IMG/VR virus record: IMGVR_UViG_3300020202_000001
Location: 62,001 to 126,000 of that record
Length of the DNA: 64,000 nt
Strand: one strand, 5' to 3'
Shown: positions 29,159 through 37,645 of the stretch, one piece after another
How the letters are laid out: each line of letters begins with the position of its first letter
Numbering within the stretch: position 1 is the first letter of the stretch
The notes under the pieces: model-generated
Database searches by the model: none
The model's input: only the letters and a program-made list of their open reading frames with translations
What the model was told of the DNA's origin: nothing
Translations under genes and position numbers: made by a program

Positions 29159-31157
29159 GCGTCGCCTCATCCTCGACCACCGGTTCGCGCTGGGCGACAC
29201 CGTCCTGATGACCGCCCTCGTGCGGGACATCCAGGCGGCGTACCCCGGCTACTTCGAGATCCTCGTCGACACGCACTGCCGGGAGGTGTGGACCAACAAC
29301 CCGCACGCCCGGCTGCTGCGCGGCGACCAGACCTCGACGATGCCGACGACGCGGGTGGACATCTCCTACGCCAACGGCATCCACGCCGCCGGCCGGGGGC
29401 AGCGGGTCCACATGCTGTCGTGGTTCCACCGCGACTTCGCGACGAAGACGGGGATGGAGCTGGAGCCGCTGCTGCCCAAGGGCGACCTCCACCTGACGGC
29501 CGAGGAGAGCAAGCCGCTGGTCGACGGCCGGTACTGGCTGGTGCTCGCCGGCGGCAAGCTGGACATCACCTGCAAGTGGTGGCTGCCCGAGCGGTGGCAG
29601 GAGGTCGTCGACAAGCTGGCGGCCGAGGGGATCTCGTGCGTCCAGGCGGGGGCGACGTTCCGCGAGCACCGCCACCCGAGCCTGTCGAACGTCCTGAACC
29701 TGCTCGGGCAGTACCCGGACGCCCGGCAGTTCATGAACCTCGTCATGCACGCCGAGGGCGTCATGTGCCCGGTCACCTCGGCCATGCACATCGCCGCCTG
29801 CTACGACAAGCCGTGCGTCGTCCTCTCGGGCGGCCGCGAGGAGCCGTGGTGGGAGAGCTACACGAACGCGTACAAGGCGTTCGGCCCGCGGTGCGCCCCG
29901 GTCGCGACCGAGCACCGCTTCCTTCACACGATGGGCCTGCTAGACTGCTGCAAGAAGAAGGGCTGCTGGAAGCACCGCACGGTGCCGCTGGGCAACCAGG
30001 ACCGTTGGGACGGCCCCGAGCGTCGGTGCCAGCTCCCGGTGATCCTCCCGCACGCCAGCACGCCGAAGTGCCTGGAGATGATCTCCAGCGACCACGTTGT
30101 CGAGGCAGTCATGAGCTACTACGAGAACGGGGAGATCCCGCCGATCGGCCAGGCGAAGGGCTTCACGCGAAAGCCGCTGCCGCCGATCGCAGTGAACACG
30201 GAAGACGAGTTGGACCGGGCGGTCGACACTGACCTACCGGTGCGGTCGTTCAAGATCCCGCACGTCCCGGGCCTGAGCCCCGCCGCGGTGCGGACGCAGG
30301 TGGCGGCCGAGCGGGAGTTCTACAACGCCGCCCTCGGCGAGCCGTTCGACCCGCAGATCCAAAAACCGGTTTTGAGAACCATCCCCCAGCCGTCGATGAT
30401 CGACCACCCGCTGATCGGCGGGAAGCTCACGGTCTGCGTGCTGTGCTTCGGCGACCACACCGAGCTGGCCAAGAGCTGCATCGGCTCGATCCTCGACACG
30501 CTGCCGGCGGAGAACCTCGACCTCCGCATCGGGCTGAACGCCGTGTCCCAGGCGACCATGGACTACGTCATGGGCCTCGACGTGCCGATCGGGCTGACGA
30601 TCCACGCCGAGAACGCCAAGAAGTACCCGGCCATGCGGGAGATGTTCAACGACGGCGCGAACCCGATCACGACGAAGTACGTCGTCTGGTTCGACGACGA
30701 CGCGAAGGTCGTGGACCCGTCGATGTGGTCGCAGCTCTGCCAGACGATCGTGGCGAACCACCCGCTCGGCAGCCGGCTCTACGGCCCGACGTTCATCCAC
30801 GACCTCCAGATGTACGCCAAGGGCGGCCGCGACCCGCTCGCGTGGTTCCGGTCCGCCCCGTGGTTCCGGGGGCGGGGGCTGAAGGTCCGCGGCCGCGGGC
30901 AGGAGGCCCCGAACGGCACGGTGATCGACTTCGCCGCCGGCTGGTTCTGGGCGATCGCGACCGAGACGATCAAGGCCGCCAACGTCCCGTGCCCCCGGCT
31001 GAACCACAACGGCGGCGACATCACGATCGGCGAGCAGGTGCACCAGGCCGGCTACAAGGTGAAGGGCTTCAACAAGGACAAGGCCCTGGTCTGGTGCCCC
31101 ACGAAGGAGGGCGGCGGCCGGCGGGGCTACTCGGAGGCGTTCCCGTGGGCGTCGTGA
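29151..31157 (+). CDS. Two-domain glycosyltransferase: GT9 (heptosyltransferase-like, GT-B) plus GT2-like (GT-A)
   Basis: Start ATG 29151; [20 protein letters not shown] and [18 protein letters not shown] (GT9-like); LTVCVLCF...SCIGSIL...YVVWFDDD (GT-A DxD). Confidence 0.75.
   Translation: MAKRRLILDHRFALGDTVLMTALVRDIQAAYPGYFEILVDTHCREVWTNNPHARLLRGDQTSTMPTTRVDISYANGIHAAGRGQRVHMLSWFHRDFATKTGMELEPLLPKGDLHLTAEESKPLVDGRYWLVLAGGKLDITCKWWLPERWQEVVDKLAAEGISCVQAGATFREHRHPSLSNVLNLLGQYPDARQFMNLVMHAEGVMCPVTSAMHIAACYDKPCVVLSGGREEPWWESYTNAYKAFGPRCAPVATEHRFLHTMGLLDCCKKKGCWKHRTVPLGNQDRWDGPERRCQLPVILPHASTPKCLEMISSDHVVEAVMSYYENGEIPPIGQAKGFTRKPLPPIAVNTEDELDRAVDTDLPVRSFKIPHVPGLSPAAVRTQVAAEREFYNAALGEPFDPQIQKPVLRTIPQPSMIDHPLIGGKLTVCVLCFGDHTELAKSCIGSILDTLPAENLDLRIGLNAVSQATMDYVMGLDVPIGLTIHAENAKKYPAMREMFNDGANPITTKYVVWFDDDAKVVDPSMWSQLCQTIVANHPLGSRLYGPTFIHDLQMYAKGGRDPLAWFRSAPWFRGRGLKVRGRGQEAPNGTVIDFAAGWFWAIATETIKAANVPCPRLNHNGGDITIGEQVHQAGYKVKGFNKDKALVWCPTKEGGGRRGYSEAFPWAS
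30358..30377. promoter_or_regulatory. Dispersed palindrome, copy 5 (TCCAAAAACCGGTTTTGAGA), intragenic
   Basis: Identical to copies 1, 7 and 8; sits in the inter-domain linker of the glycosyltransferase (IQKPVLR). Confidence 0.85.
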
Positions 31158-31171
31158 AGGACGGGCCGCCG

Positions 31172-31498
31172 ATGGCCCTCGACCACAACCTCCTGTACCA
31201 GATGGTGACCGACCCGGCGTTCTTCCGCCGGGTGCCGGTCCTGTTCTTCATGAAGGAGCAGGCGGAGGCGTGCGCGGCGGCGTTCGCGGCCGGCGAGTGC
31301 GGCGGGTGCGGGGCGACCGGGGCCATGGGGCCGGCGATGGCCACGTTCGTCCGCACGCTGATCTCGACCCAGCGGGACGCCCCGGAGATGCTCGACCCGC
31401 TGGTCGCGTACATCGCGGAGCGACGCGGCTACCGCCCGAGGCCCGTCCGCGTGTACTATAGAGTGGGCACGGATGCCCCGCAGCGAATCGAGTTCTGA
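31172..31498 (+). CDS. Small CxxC protein (108 aa)
   Basis: Start ATG 31172; ECGGCG; similar to 31968..32276. Confidence 0.6.
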   Translation: MALDHNLLYQMVTDPAFFRRVPVLFFMKEQAEACAAAFAAGECGGCGATGAMGPAMATFVRTLISTQRDAPEMLDPLVAYIAERRGYRPRPVRVYYRVGTDAPQRIEF

Positions 31499-31515
31499 CG
31501 CCGGGAGGGCCAAGG

Positions 31516-31947
31516 ATGGCCAGGTACATCAAGCTGACCCGCTCCGAGATCAAAGAGGTCAACCACTACCACATCCGGGGCTTCCGCATCCGCGTCGAGG
31601 CGAGCGACGCCGTGGGCATGCCGAACGAGGTGTTCGTGTACGCCCGGCACCCGCCCAACCCGCACACCGGCGAGGTCGTCGACGAGTTCCTGACCGTCGC
31701 GAGCTTCCCCGACCTGGCCGAGTACCCGGCGAACGACCCGGACCCGACCAAGGCGTTCCCGTTCCTGCGCAAGAGCTTCATCGAGTTGGACGTCCGCTCG
31801 ATGAAGGACGTCGAGAACATCTGGCGGCTCGTCGTCGAGCTGGTGTGCTTCCTGCGGGCAGCCCTGAACCGGGCCGACCAGCTGGTCGTCGCCGAGACGG
31901 TCGACTGCGGCCAGCCGCCCGAGTCCGAGTCCAGCGCGTCCGTCTAA
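31516..31947 (+). CDS. Hypothetical protein (143 aa)
   Basis: GC3-rich ORF with GGGAGG upstream. Confidence 0.6.
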   Translation: MARYIKLTRSEIKEVNHYHIRGFRIRVEASDAVGMPNEVFVYARHPPNPHTGEVVDEFLTVASFPDLAEYPANDPDPTKAFPFLRKSFIELDVRSMKDVENIWRLVVELVCFLRAALNRADQLVVAETVDCGQPPESESSASV

Positions 31948-31967
31948 TCGCAAGGAGGCGATTGAAC

Positions 31968-32276
31968 ATGGCCGACACCGAACCCCGACACAAGCTGTAC
32001 GTCCTGGAGGAGGGTGCCCTCACCGCCCTGGCGAGCGACGAGAAGTTCCTCAAGGAGTTCCCGTTCCTGCGGTCCCTGAAGTCCGTGCCGAAGGCCGGGT
32101 GCGGGACGTGCGGCGGGAGCAACAACCAGCGGGCGAGCGCGTACACCTCGGCCAAGGCGGCGATCGCCGGCATGGGCCAGGACAAGAAGCGGAAGCTCAA
32201 GCAGATGCTCAGCGCCAAGCACGTCCGGGTCGTGTACACGACCGGGAGCGGAAAACCGACCCAGCTGACGTTCTAA
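31968..32276 (+). CDS. Small CxxC protein (102 aa)
   Basis: Start ATG 31968 with AAGGAGG SD; GCGTCG; similar to 31172..31498. Confidence 0.65.
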   Translation: MADTEPRHKLYVLEEGALTALASDEKFLKEFPFLRSLKSVPKAGCGTCGGSNNQRASAYTSAKAAIAGMGQDKKRKLKQMLSAKHVRVVYTTGSGKPTQLTF

Positions 32277-32302
32277 AGAACCGCCGCAAACGCGTCAGAA
32301 TA

Positions 32303-32541
32303 GTTGAGCGGATCTTACTTACCGCTCGGCAGCAGGCCACGCGACGTCCGCCTCCCGAAAGGGATCGGACGCCGCACCCTCCCCGCCATCGACCCCGACG
32401 CGACAGCCACCCGGCGACCCCTCACGGGGCCGCGCGAGTTCCTGATCGACTGTCGGCGGACGATGAGCGGGGAGGGCGAGTAGGTATCGGTCGGCGTCGC
32501 CGGCCTTTTCCTTAGCGGTCGCGGCGGGTAGGATGCCCGCC
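32303..32541 (+). ncRNA. Candidate structured RNA or cis-element (strand assumed)
   Basis: 306-nt gap between genes with at least four stems, including TCCC-GAAA-GGGA and a 15-bp long-range stem. No known RNA family recognised. Confidence 0.45.
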
Positions 32542-32582
32542 TGGGTTCCCAACACAGTGTCCACGAACAGAAGGAGCTACCC

Positions 32583-33011
32583 GTGGCCAAGACCACAACC
32601 AAGCGTGCGCCGGTCCCCCTCCCCGAAGTCGACGAGGCCCCGGCCGCCGCGGACAACCCGTGGCGGTGCGAGGAGATGCCGGTCGTCGTGCTCGAAGCCG
32701 AGTGCGCGTTCTCGGCCGACAACGCCAAGGCGACGATCGTCGTCGAGCACGAGGGCACCGACTTCCCCCGGGCGATCGAGGAGCTGGGCTCGACCGCCAG
32801 CCGCAACCTCGCGATCTCGTACGCCAGCGCCGCCGGCGTCGGCGACGCCCGGCTGAACGGCAACATCGAGGGGCCGTACGCCGTCAACGAGGAGGGCACG
32901 CCGCTCGAAGAGGTCAAGGGTCCGGGCGGCAAGCCTTACCCGCCCCAGCACCCGAAGATGCAGCCGTACCGGTACCGGGCCAACGTGCCCGTGTGCCGCA
33001 AGCTCGTCTGA
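32583..33011 (+). CDS. Hypothetical protein (142 aa)
   Basis: AAGGAG SD before GTG; GC3-rich codons. Confidence 0.65.
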   Translation: MAKTTTKRAPVPLPEVDEAPAAADNPWRCEEMPVVVLEAECAFSADNAKATIVVEHEGTDFPRAIEELGSTASRNLAISYASAAGVGDARLNGNIEGPYAVNEEGTPLEEVKGPGGKPYPPQHPKMQPYRYRANVPVCRKLV

Positions 33012-33025
33012 CGCAACACCCGCCC

Positions 33026-33622
33026 ATGAACGAACCGACCAGCAGGCCGAGCCGCAAAGAGCTGCTCGGCCTGCTCCATTCGGTGGAGCCCAAGACGTTC
33101 TCGATCCTCTGCCGGTCCCTCGGGATCTCGACGGTGGACGAGTACGCCCCGCTTCCCACCGTAGCCGTGCTGCAAATCGCCGCCTACGACTGGATGACGT
33201 CGACCGACGTCCTCTCGTCCGACAACAAGCTGATCCTCCTGCTCTCGACGCCGGACCGGTTCGAGAGCGTGGCCCGGCTGTTCGAGCAGGAGGAGGCGGA
33301 CGGGCGGTACACGCCCCGCATCCTCGCGATCAACGACTACCGGTACGCCGTGTTCGGCCCGGTCCCGCAGGACCGCCTGCAGGGGTCGTTGAACATGTTC
33401 TTCGACGTGAAGGAAGAGCAGTGGCTGCCCGTGATGCCCCAGCAGGCCCTGACGACCGTCGCCTGCGACCTGAACGTGCTGTTGCTCCGACTCTTCGCTA
33501 GAATGGAGGCGTTCCGCCAACATCAACGCGAGGGCAAGGATGCCGCAACATCAGACGCAGTCGTACGGGGAGGTCAGCAAGCTGCCGCCGAAGGTGGCCC
33601 CGGGCCACGCGAAGGCCCGTGA
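33026..33622 (+). CDS. Hypothetical protein (198 aa)
   Basis: Start ATG 33026 within the tracked ORF 32660..33622. Confidence 0.6.
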   Translation: MNEPTSRPSRKELLGLLHSVEPKTFSILCRSLGISTVDEYAPLPTVAVLQIAAYDWMTSTDVLSSDNKLILLLSTPDRFESVARLFEQEEADGRYTPRILAINDYRYAVFGPVPQDRLQGSLNMFFDVKEEQWLPVMPQQALTTVACDLNVLLLRLFARMEAFRQHQREGKDAATSDAVVRGGQQAAAEGGPGPREGP

Positions 33623-34274
33623 GGTGTGGGCCAGCCCCGAGAGCTACGCCACGACCCTGCTGGTCCTGTTCGTGGACCGGTACGGGACCGAGGGGCTGGA
33701 GTGGCACCCCGAGACGATCGCCATGCAGGTCGGCCAGGACTTCGCGGTCGAGGTGCCGCGGGTCAACATGGACCGGCTGCTGGCGGCGATCACGCTGGTG
33801 ACGACGGACTACTTCTACAAGCGGCTGTCGGTCTTCAACGACACCTGCAACGTCCTGAGCGGCGACGACTTCAACCCGGGCGTGTACCAGCCGGCCGACG
33901 CGGCCGACTGCGCGTGGGGCACGACCGAGGCCCTGCTCATCTGCCCGCCGGACGAGGAGGAGCCGTTCACGGACGAGATCCGCCACTACGTCGGCCGCAT
34001 CCTGCGGGCCGAGGGCTACGTGCAGGCACCGGACATCCTCCGCATCGCCCTCGACGCCGACCTCTCCGACCAGGTGAGGGACACGTTCGCGGACGACCCG
34101 GAGATGTTCCAGGCCCTGCACGAGAGCCAGACCGCCAAGACGCAGGAGTGCGAGCAGCTGATCCGGGAGAACCTGGAGCGGCTGCTCACCCAGATCGAGC
34201 AGCTGCCGCTCGTCACGGGCAGCGCCGACCAGCTCCGCGACAAGCTCCGGCAGAACATCCGGCCCGGAGCTTGA
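33540..34274 (+). CDS. Hypothetical protein (244 aa)
   Basis: Coding-like codon usage; helical; family not named. Confidence 0.65.
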   Translation: MPQHQTQSYGEVSKLPPKVAPGHAKAREVWASPESYATTLLVLFVDRYGTEGLEWHPETIAMQVGQDFAVEVPRVNMDRLLAAITLVTTDYFYKRLSVFNDTCNVLSGDDFNPGVYQPADAADCAWGTTEALLICPPDEEEPFTDEIRHYVGRILRAEGYVQAPDILRIALDADLSDQVRDTFADDPEMFQALHESQTAKTQECEQLIRENLERLLTQIEQLPLVTGSADQLRDKLRQNIRPGA

Positions 34275-34299
34275 CACTTTCCCCCGTTCGGGTATTCCA
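34271..34299 (+). promoter_or_regulatory. Candidate promoter: perfect -35 TTGACA with a weak -10 (TATTCC), plus shared spacer motif
   Basis: AT-rich gap upstream of 34345, with a TAAGGAG SD. The 20-mer at 34280-34299 matches 60803-60822 at 18/20 positions. Confidence 0.45.
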
Positions 34300-34344
34300 C
34301 GCACCCAAGGTTTCCATTCAACGTACGATAAGGAGTAGCGACCC

Positions 34345-34800
34345 ATGACCATGACCGCCCGCGAGCCGAACCTCCAGAACGTCCCCGTCCCGCTCACCGA
34401 CGCCCAACGGGTCGAGAGCGGGCGGATTCGCCTGATGTTCGGCGACCCCAAGCCGGTGCTGCTGACGGCAGACTACTCGGCCGTCGAGCTGCGGCTGCTC
34501 GCCCACGCGTCCGTCCACGGCGTCGACGCCCTCGACCCGCAGGCCGCCAAGGCCCGCGACGACGAGGACGAGGACGAGGAGGACGACGAGGACGATGACG
34601 ACGGCGACCTCCTCGACGACGACGAGGAGGACGAGGACGAGGAGGACGACGAAGACGACGACCTCGACGACGACGAGGATGACGACCTCGACGACGACGA
34701 GGACGACGATCTCGATGACGACGACGAGGACGACGACGACTTCGACGACGACGAAGACGACGAGGACGACGAAGACGACCTCGACGATGACGACGAGTAG
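34345..34800 (+). CDS. Micro-protein: family-A DNA polymerase fragment (PNLQNVP through ADYSAVELRLLAHAS) fused to an 80-aa Asp/Glu tail
   Basis: Matches the PolA motifs PNLQNIP and ADYSQIELRxxAHLS in the correct order and spacing; own SD; intact stop. Confidence 0.75.
   Translation: MTMTAREPNLQNVPVPLTDAQRVESGRIRLMFGDPKPVLLTADYSAVELRLLAHASVHGVDALDPQAAKARDDEDEDEEDDEDDDDGDLLDDDEEDEDEEDDEDDDLDDDEDDDLDDDEDDDLDDDDEDDDDFDDDEDDEDDEDDLDDDDE
34558..34797 (+). repeat. Asp/Glu low-complexity tract (GAC/GAG/GAT/GAA repeats)
   Basis: 80 codons, almost all acidic, punctuated by L, F and G. Confidence 0.95.
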
Positions 34801-34815
34801 AGGAAGAGGAGAGCC

Positions 34816-35073
34816 TTGCTTCTAGTCGAAGGGACCATCCCCATCCACCCCGTGACCACGGCGGCCGCGACGGCCGACCCCAAGGAAGCGGCCCGACGCT
34901 TCCTCGCCGAACACCCGACCGCCCGGCTTGAGAGCATCGGCGGCAAGATCGTTCGGGGGGTGTGCCAGCGCTGCGGCACCCCGGTCATGGAAGACACGAA
35001 GGGCCACGCGTACGACCCCGAGACCGAGGCGTACACCTGCCCGAGCTGCAACCAAGGAGACAACCGGCCATGA
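34816..35073 (+). CDS. Zinc-ribbon protein
   Basis: CQRC...CPSC. Confidence 0.55.
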   Translation: MLLVEGTIPIHPVTTAAATADPKEAARRFLAEHPTARLESIGGKIVRGVCQRCGTPVMEDTKGHAYDPETEAYTCPSCNQGDNRP

Positions 35074-35591
35074 GCCATGTGACCAGCTTCGAGCCCGACG
35101 AGAAGGACCAGCAGATCCGGGACCTCCCGGCCCTGGCTCGCGCCGCCGAGCGGTGCGGCCTGGAGTTCCGCGAGGGCCAGACCAGCTTCCACACCTGGGC
35201 CACCGACCACGGCCGCCTCGTCGGCGACTGGCCGGTCCCGCAGGGGTACACCCAGGCCGACATCGTGGGCGGGCAGTGCCTGCACGCGATGGGCATCCCC
35301 GGCAAGAAGGGCGTCCGCGGGACCGAGGGCTACGAGATCGGCATCGTCGAGAGCAAGAAGAACCCCGGCACCTACAGCATGCTCTTCGACTTCTTCAGCA
35401 GCTCGCTCTCCAGCAAGGTGAGCAGCGGCGCGAAGGACGCGAAGGGGAACGTGAAGCCCGACAAGCTCCACATGTTCTACCAGATCGAGGCGGCCCGCAC
35501 GGTCGCCAAGGCCAAGGGGTTCTCGTTCCAGGAGATCCCGCAGCCGGACGGCTCGATCACGGTGAAGTGCGGCAAGTCCGCCACGTTCTGA
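35070..35591 (+). CDS. DUF1257/Ycf35-like protein
   Basis: Start ATG 35070 with AAGGAG SD; MSHVT..IRDLPALARAAERCGLEF...YEIGIV; context with DUF2997 and AAA+. Confidence 0.6.
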   Translation: MSHVTSFEPDEKDQQIRDLPALARAAERCGLEFREGQTSFHTWATDHGRLVGDWPVPQGYTQADIVGGQCLHAMGIPGKKGVRGTEGYEIGIVESKKNPGTYSMLFDFFSSSLSSKVSSGAKDAKGNVKPDKLHMFYQIEAARTVAKAKGFSFQEIPQPDGSITVKCGKSATF

Positions 35592-35619
35592 GCGGCCACG
35601 GCCGCGGCACCCCGGTAGA

Positions 35620-35639
35620 TCCCAAAACCGGTTTTTAGA
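35620..35639. promoter_or_regulatory. Dispersed palindrome, copy 6 (TCCCAAAACCGGTTTTTAGA), reverse pseudo-orientation
   Basis: Intergenic; perfect 12-bp core. Confidence 0.85.
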
Positions 35640-35652
35640 AGAGGAGCACCCC

Positions 35653-35865
35653 GTGGAAGGTCCCCACATCCTGATGAAGTTCGCGATCGGCAAGCCGGTC
35701 GAGGTCCGCGTGAACGGCGTGAAGGGCTCGGCGTGCCGGGCGTTCTCCAAGCCGTTCGAGGACGCGATCGGCGGCAAGGTCGTCGCCGACGTCCCCACCG
35801 CCGAGATGACTCAGCCCGCGACGGTCGGGGCCGAGGTCAAGGCCGGCGGCGGCAAGACGTTCTGA
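35653..35865 (+). CDS. DUF2997-like protein
   Basis: VEVRVNGVKGSACRAFSKPFEDAIG fits the family pattern as I recall it. Confidence 0.65.
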   Translation: MEGPHILMKFAIGKPVEVRVNGVKGSACRAFSKPFEDAIGGKVVADVPTAEMTQPATVGAEVKAGGGKTF

Positions 35866-35965
35866 CCCCACGACCCGCGCGAGACGTACCCGACGACGAC
35901 GACGACACCACGCCGGCCCCGGGCTCCACCTGGGGCCGGCTCGCTTCCCGAAGGTAAGTAAGCAC

Positions 35966-37549
35966 ATGGCTCGACTGAAAAAGGAAATCAAGGAGGCCAT
36001 CGCGGCCGCCTTCAGCGGAATCTGGATCAACAGCTACGAGCACGAGGACGCCCTCGCCGCCATCTCCGAGGCGTGCAAGGAGCACACCTGGCAGCTCATC
36101 ACCTGGGACCCGGAGTTCGGCGTCCGCAGCCCCGAGGACAAGAACCCGACCCCGAGCGACGACGAGCCGAACCCGGCGATCGCCCTCCACCAGCTGCTGA
36201 AGCTGGACACGGAGGAGAACCGGGCGATCCTCGTGCTTCGCAACGTGCTGCCGTACCTGGCCAGCGCCGAGGGCCGCGTCGGCAGCCCGCGGTTCCTGCA
36301 GGTCCTGCAGCGGACGATCGAGCAGGGAGCCCAGGACGGGCACCACGTCGTCATCCTCTCCTACGACAACCTCGCGGTGCCGCGCGAGCTGGAGAAGATG
36401 GTCTACATCATCGACCACGACCTCCCCGACGCCGAGGAGCTGCACGACCTGATGGCGTCGGTCGAGGACAACGAGGCCAAGCTCCCGGCCAAGGACAGCC
36501 CCGAGGCCAAGCTGCTGACCGACGCGGCGGCCGGGCTCACGCGGCTGGAGGCCCTCGGGGCGTTCAGCAAGAGCAAGGCGAAGCACCGCATGCTCAAGCC
36601 CGACGTGCTCTGGGAGCTGAAGGCGAAGATGCTCCAGAAGACCGGGCTGCTGGAGATGCTGACGAAGAAGACGGTCGCGGCGAACGACACGCCGATCGGC
36701 TTCTCGATGCTCGGCGGCCTGAACGTGCTCAAGGGCTTCTGCAAGAACATGTTCGACAGCCCGAACCGCAGCAAGAAGGTCCGGCCGCTCGGCGTCATGC
36801 TGGTCGGCCCGTCCGGCACGGGCAAGTCCGCGTTCGCCACCAGCCTCGGCGACGAGATCGGGTGGCCGACCGTGCGGCTCGACCCGGGCAAGCTGATGGG
36901 CAGCCTGGTCGGCGACACGGAGGCGAACACGCGGCGTGCCCTGAAGACGATCGACGCGATGAGCCCGTGCGTCCTGATGGTCGACGAGGTCGAGAAGGCC
37001 CTGGCCGGCAGCGGCGGCGGTGCCCACGACAGCGGCGTCGGTGCCCGCCTGCTCGGGTCGCTGCTGACGTGGATGAACGACCACACGAGCGAGGTCTTCA
37101 TCATCATGACCTCGAACGACATCACCGGGCTGCCGCCGGAGTTCACCCGGGCCGAGCGGTTCGACGGCATCTTCTTCCTCGACCTCCCGGGCAAGGAGCA
37201 GCGGGAGATGGTGTGGGACATCTACACCACCTACTACGCCAAGCACGGGCTGACGAAGGAGATGATCGCCGAGCGGCCGGACGACGAGAACTGGACGCCG
37301 GCGGAGATCAAGGCGAACTGCCGGCTGGCGACGCTGCACAACACGACGCTCAAGGAGGCGTCGAAGTTCATCGTCCCGGTGTACAAGACGAGCAAGGAGA
37401 AGATCGTCGCCCTGCAGCAGTGGGCGACGAACCGCACGCTCAGCTCCGACTACCCGGGGATGTACGACATCAACGGGCCGAAGAAGCTGGTCACGACGAT
37501 GGAGGAGGGTGCCCCCGCCCGCCCCCGCCGCCGCGTCACGCGGGCGTAA
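35966..37549 (+). CDS. AAA+ ATPase, Ycf46-like (degenerate first module, active second module)
   Basis: Walker A GPSGTGKS, Walker B VLMVDEVEK, sensor MTSND, LPPEFTRAERFD. Confidence 0.85.
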   Translation: MARLKKEIKEAIAAAFSGIWINSYEHEDALAAISEACKEHTWQLITWDPEFGVRSPEDKNPTPSDDEPNPAIALHQLLKLDTEENRAILVLRNVLPYLASAEGRVGSPRFLQVLQRTIEQGAQDGHHVVILSYDNLAVPRELEKMVYIIDHDLPDAEELHDLMASVEDNEAKLPAKDSPEAKLLTDAAAGLTRLEALGAFSKSKAKHRMLKPDVLWELKAKMLQKTGLLEMLTKKTVAANDTPIGFSMLGGLNVLKGFCKNMFDSPNRSKKVRPLGVMLVGPSGTGKSAFATSLGDEIGWPTVRLDPGKLMGSLVGDTEANTRRALKTIDAMSPCVLMVDEVEKALAGSGGGAHDSGVGARLLGSLLTWMNDHTSEVFIIMTSNDITGLPPEFTRAERFDGIFFLDLPGKEQREMVWDIYTTYYAKHGLTKEMIAERPDDENWTPAEIKANCRLATLHNTTLKEASKFIVPVYKTSKEKIVALQQWATNRTLSSDYPGMYDINGPKKLVTTMEEGAPARPRRRVTRA

Positions 37550-37565
37550 CCACACGCGACCGAAC

Positions 37566-37621
37566 GACAGGTAGCCCTGTCAAGGAAGACGGGCCACGGC
37601 GCACCACCGCGCCGTGGCCCG
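37566..37621 (+). terminator. Two hairpins: GACAGG-TAGC-CCTGTC and a 13-bp GC stem (37590-37621)
   Basis: Inverted repeats read directly; no U-tract, so function is uncertain. Confidence 0.45.
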
Positions 37622-37645
37622 CTGCGTTAGCAGACGGAGACCGTG

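Noticed and set aside
2378-29230. Very long antisense and alternate-frame ORFs (for example 2378..6685 -, 2581..6702 +, 24584..29230 -, 36073..40017 +)
   Set aside because: Shadow ORFs. With nearly all third positions G/C, stops are rare in the other frames; the translations are Arg/Gly/Pro-rich with no motifs.
34345-34800. Calling this gene polA
   Set aside because: Only about 50 residues align. Motifs B and C and all other domains are absent, and neither flank contains polymerase sequence or intein/intron signatures.
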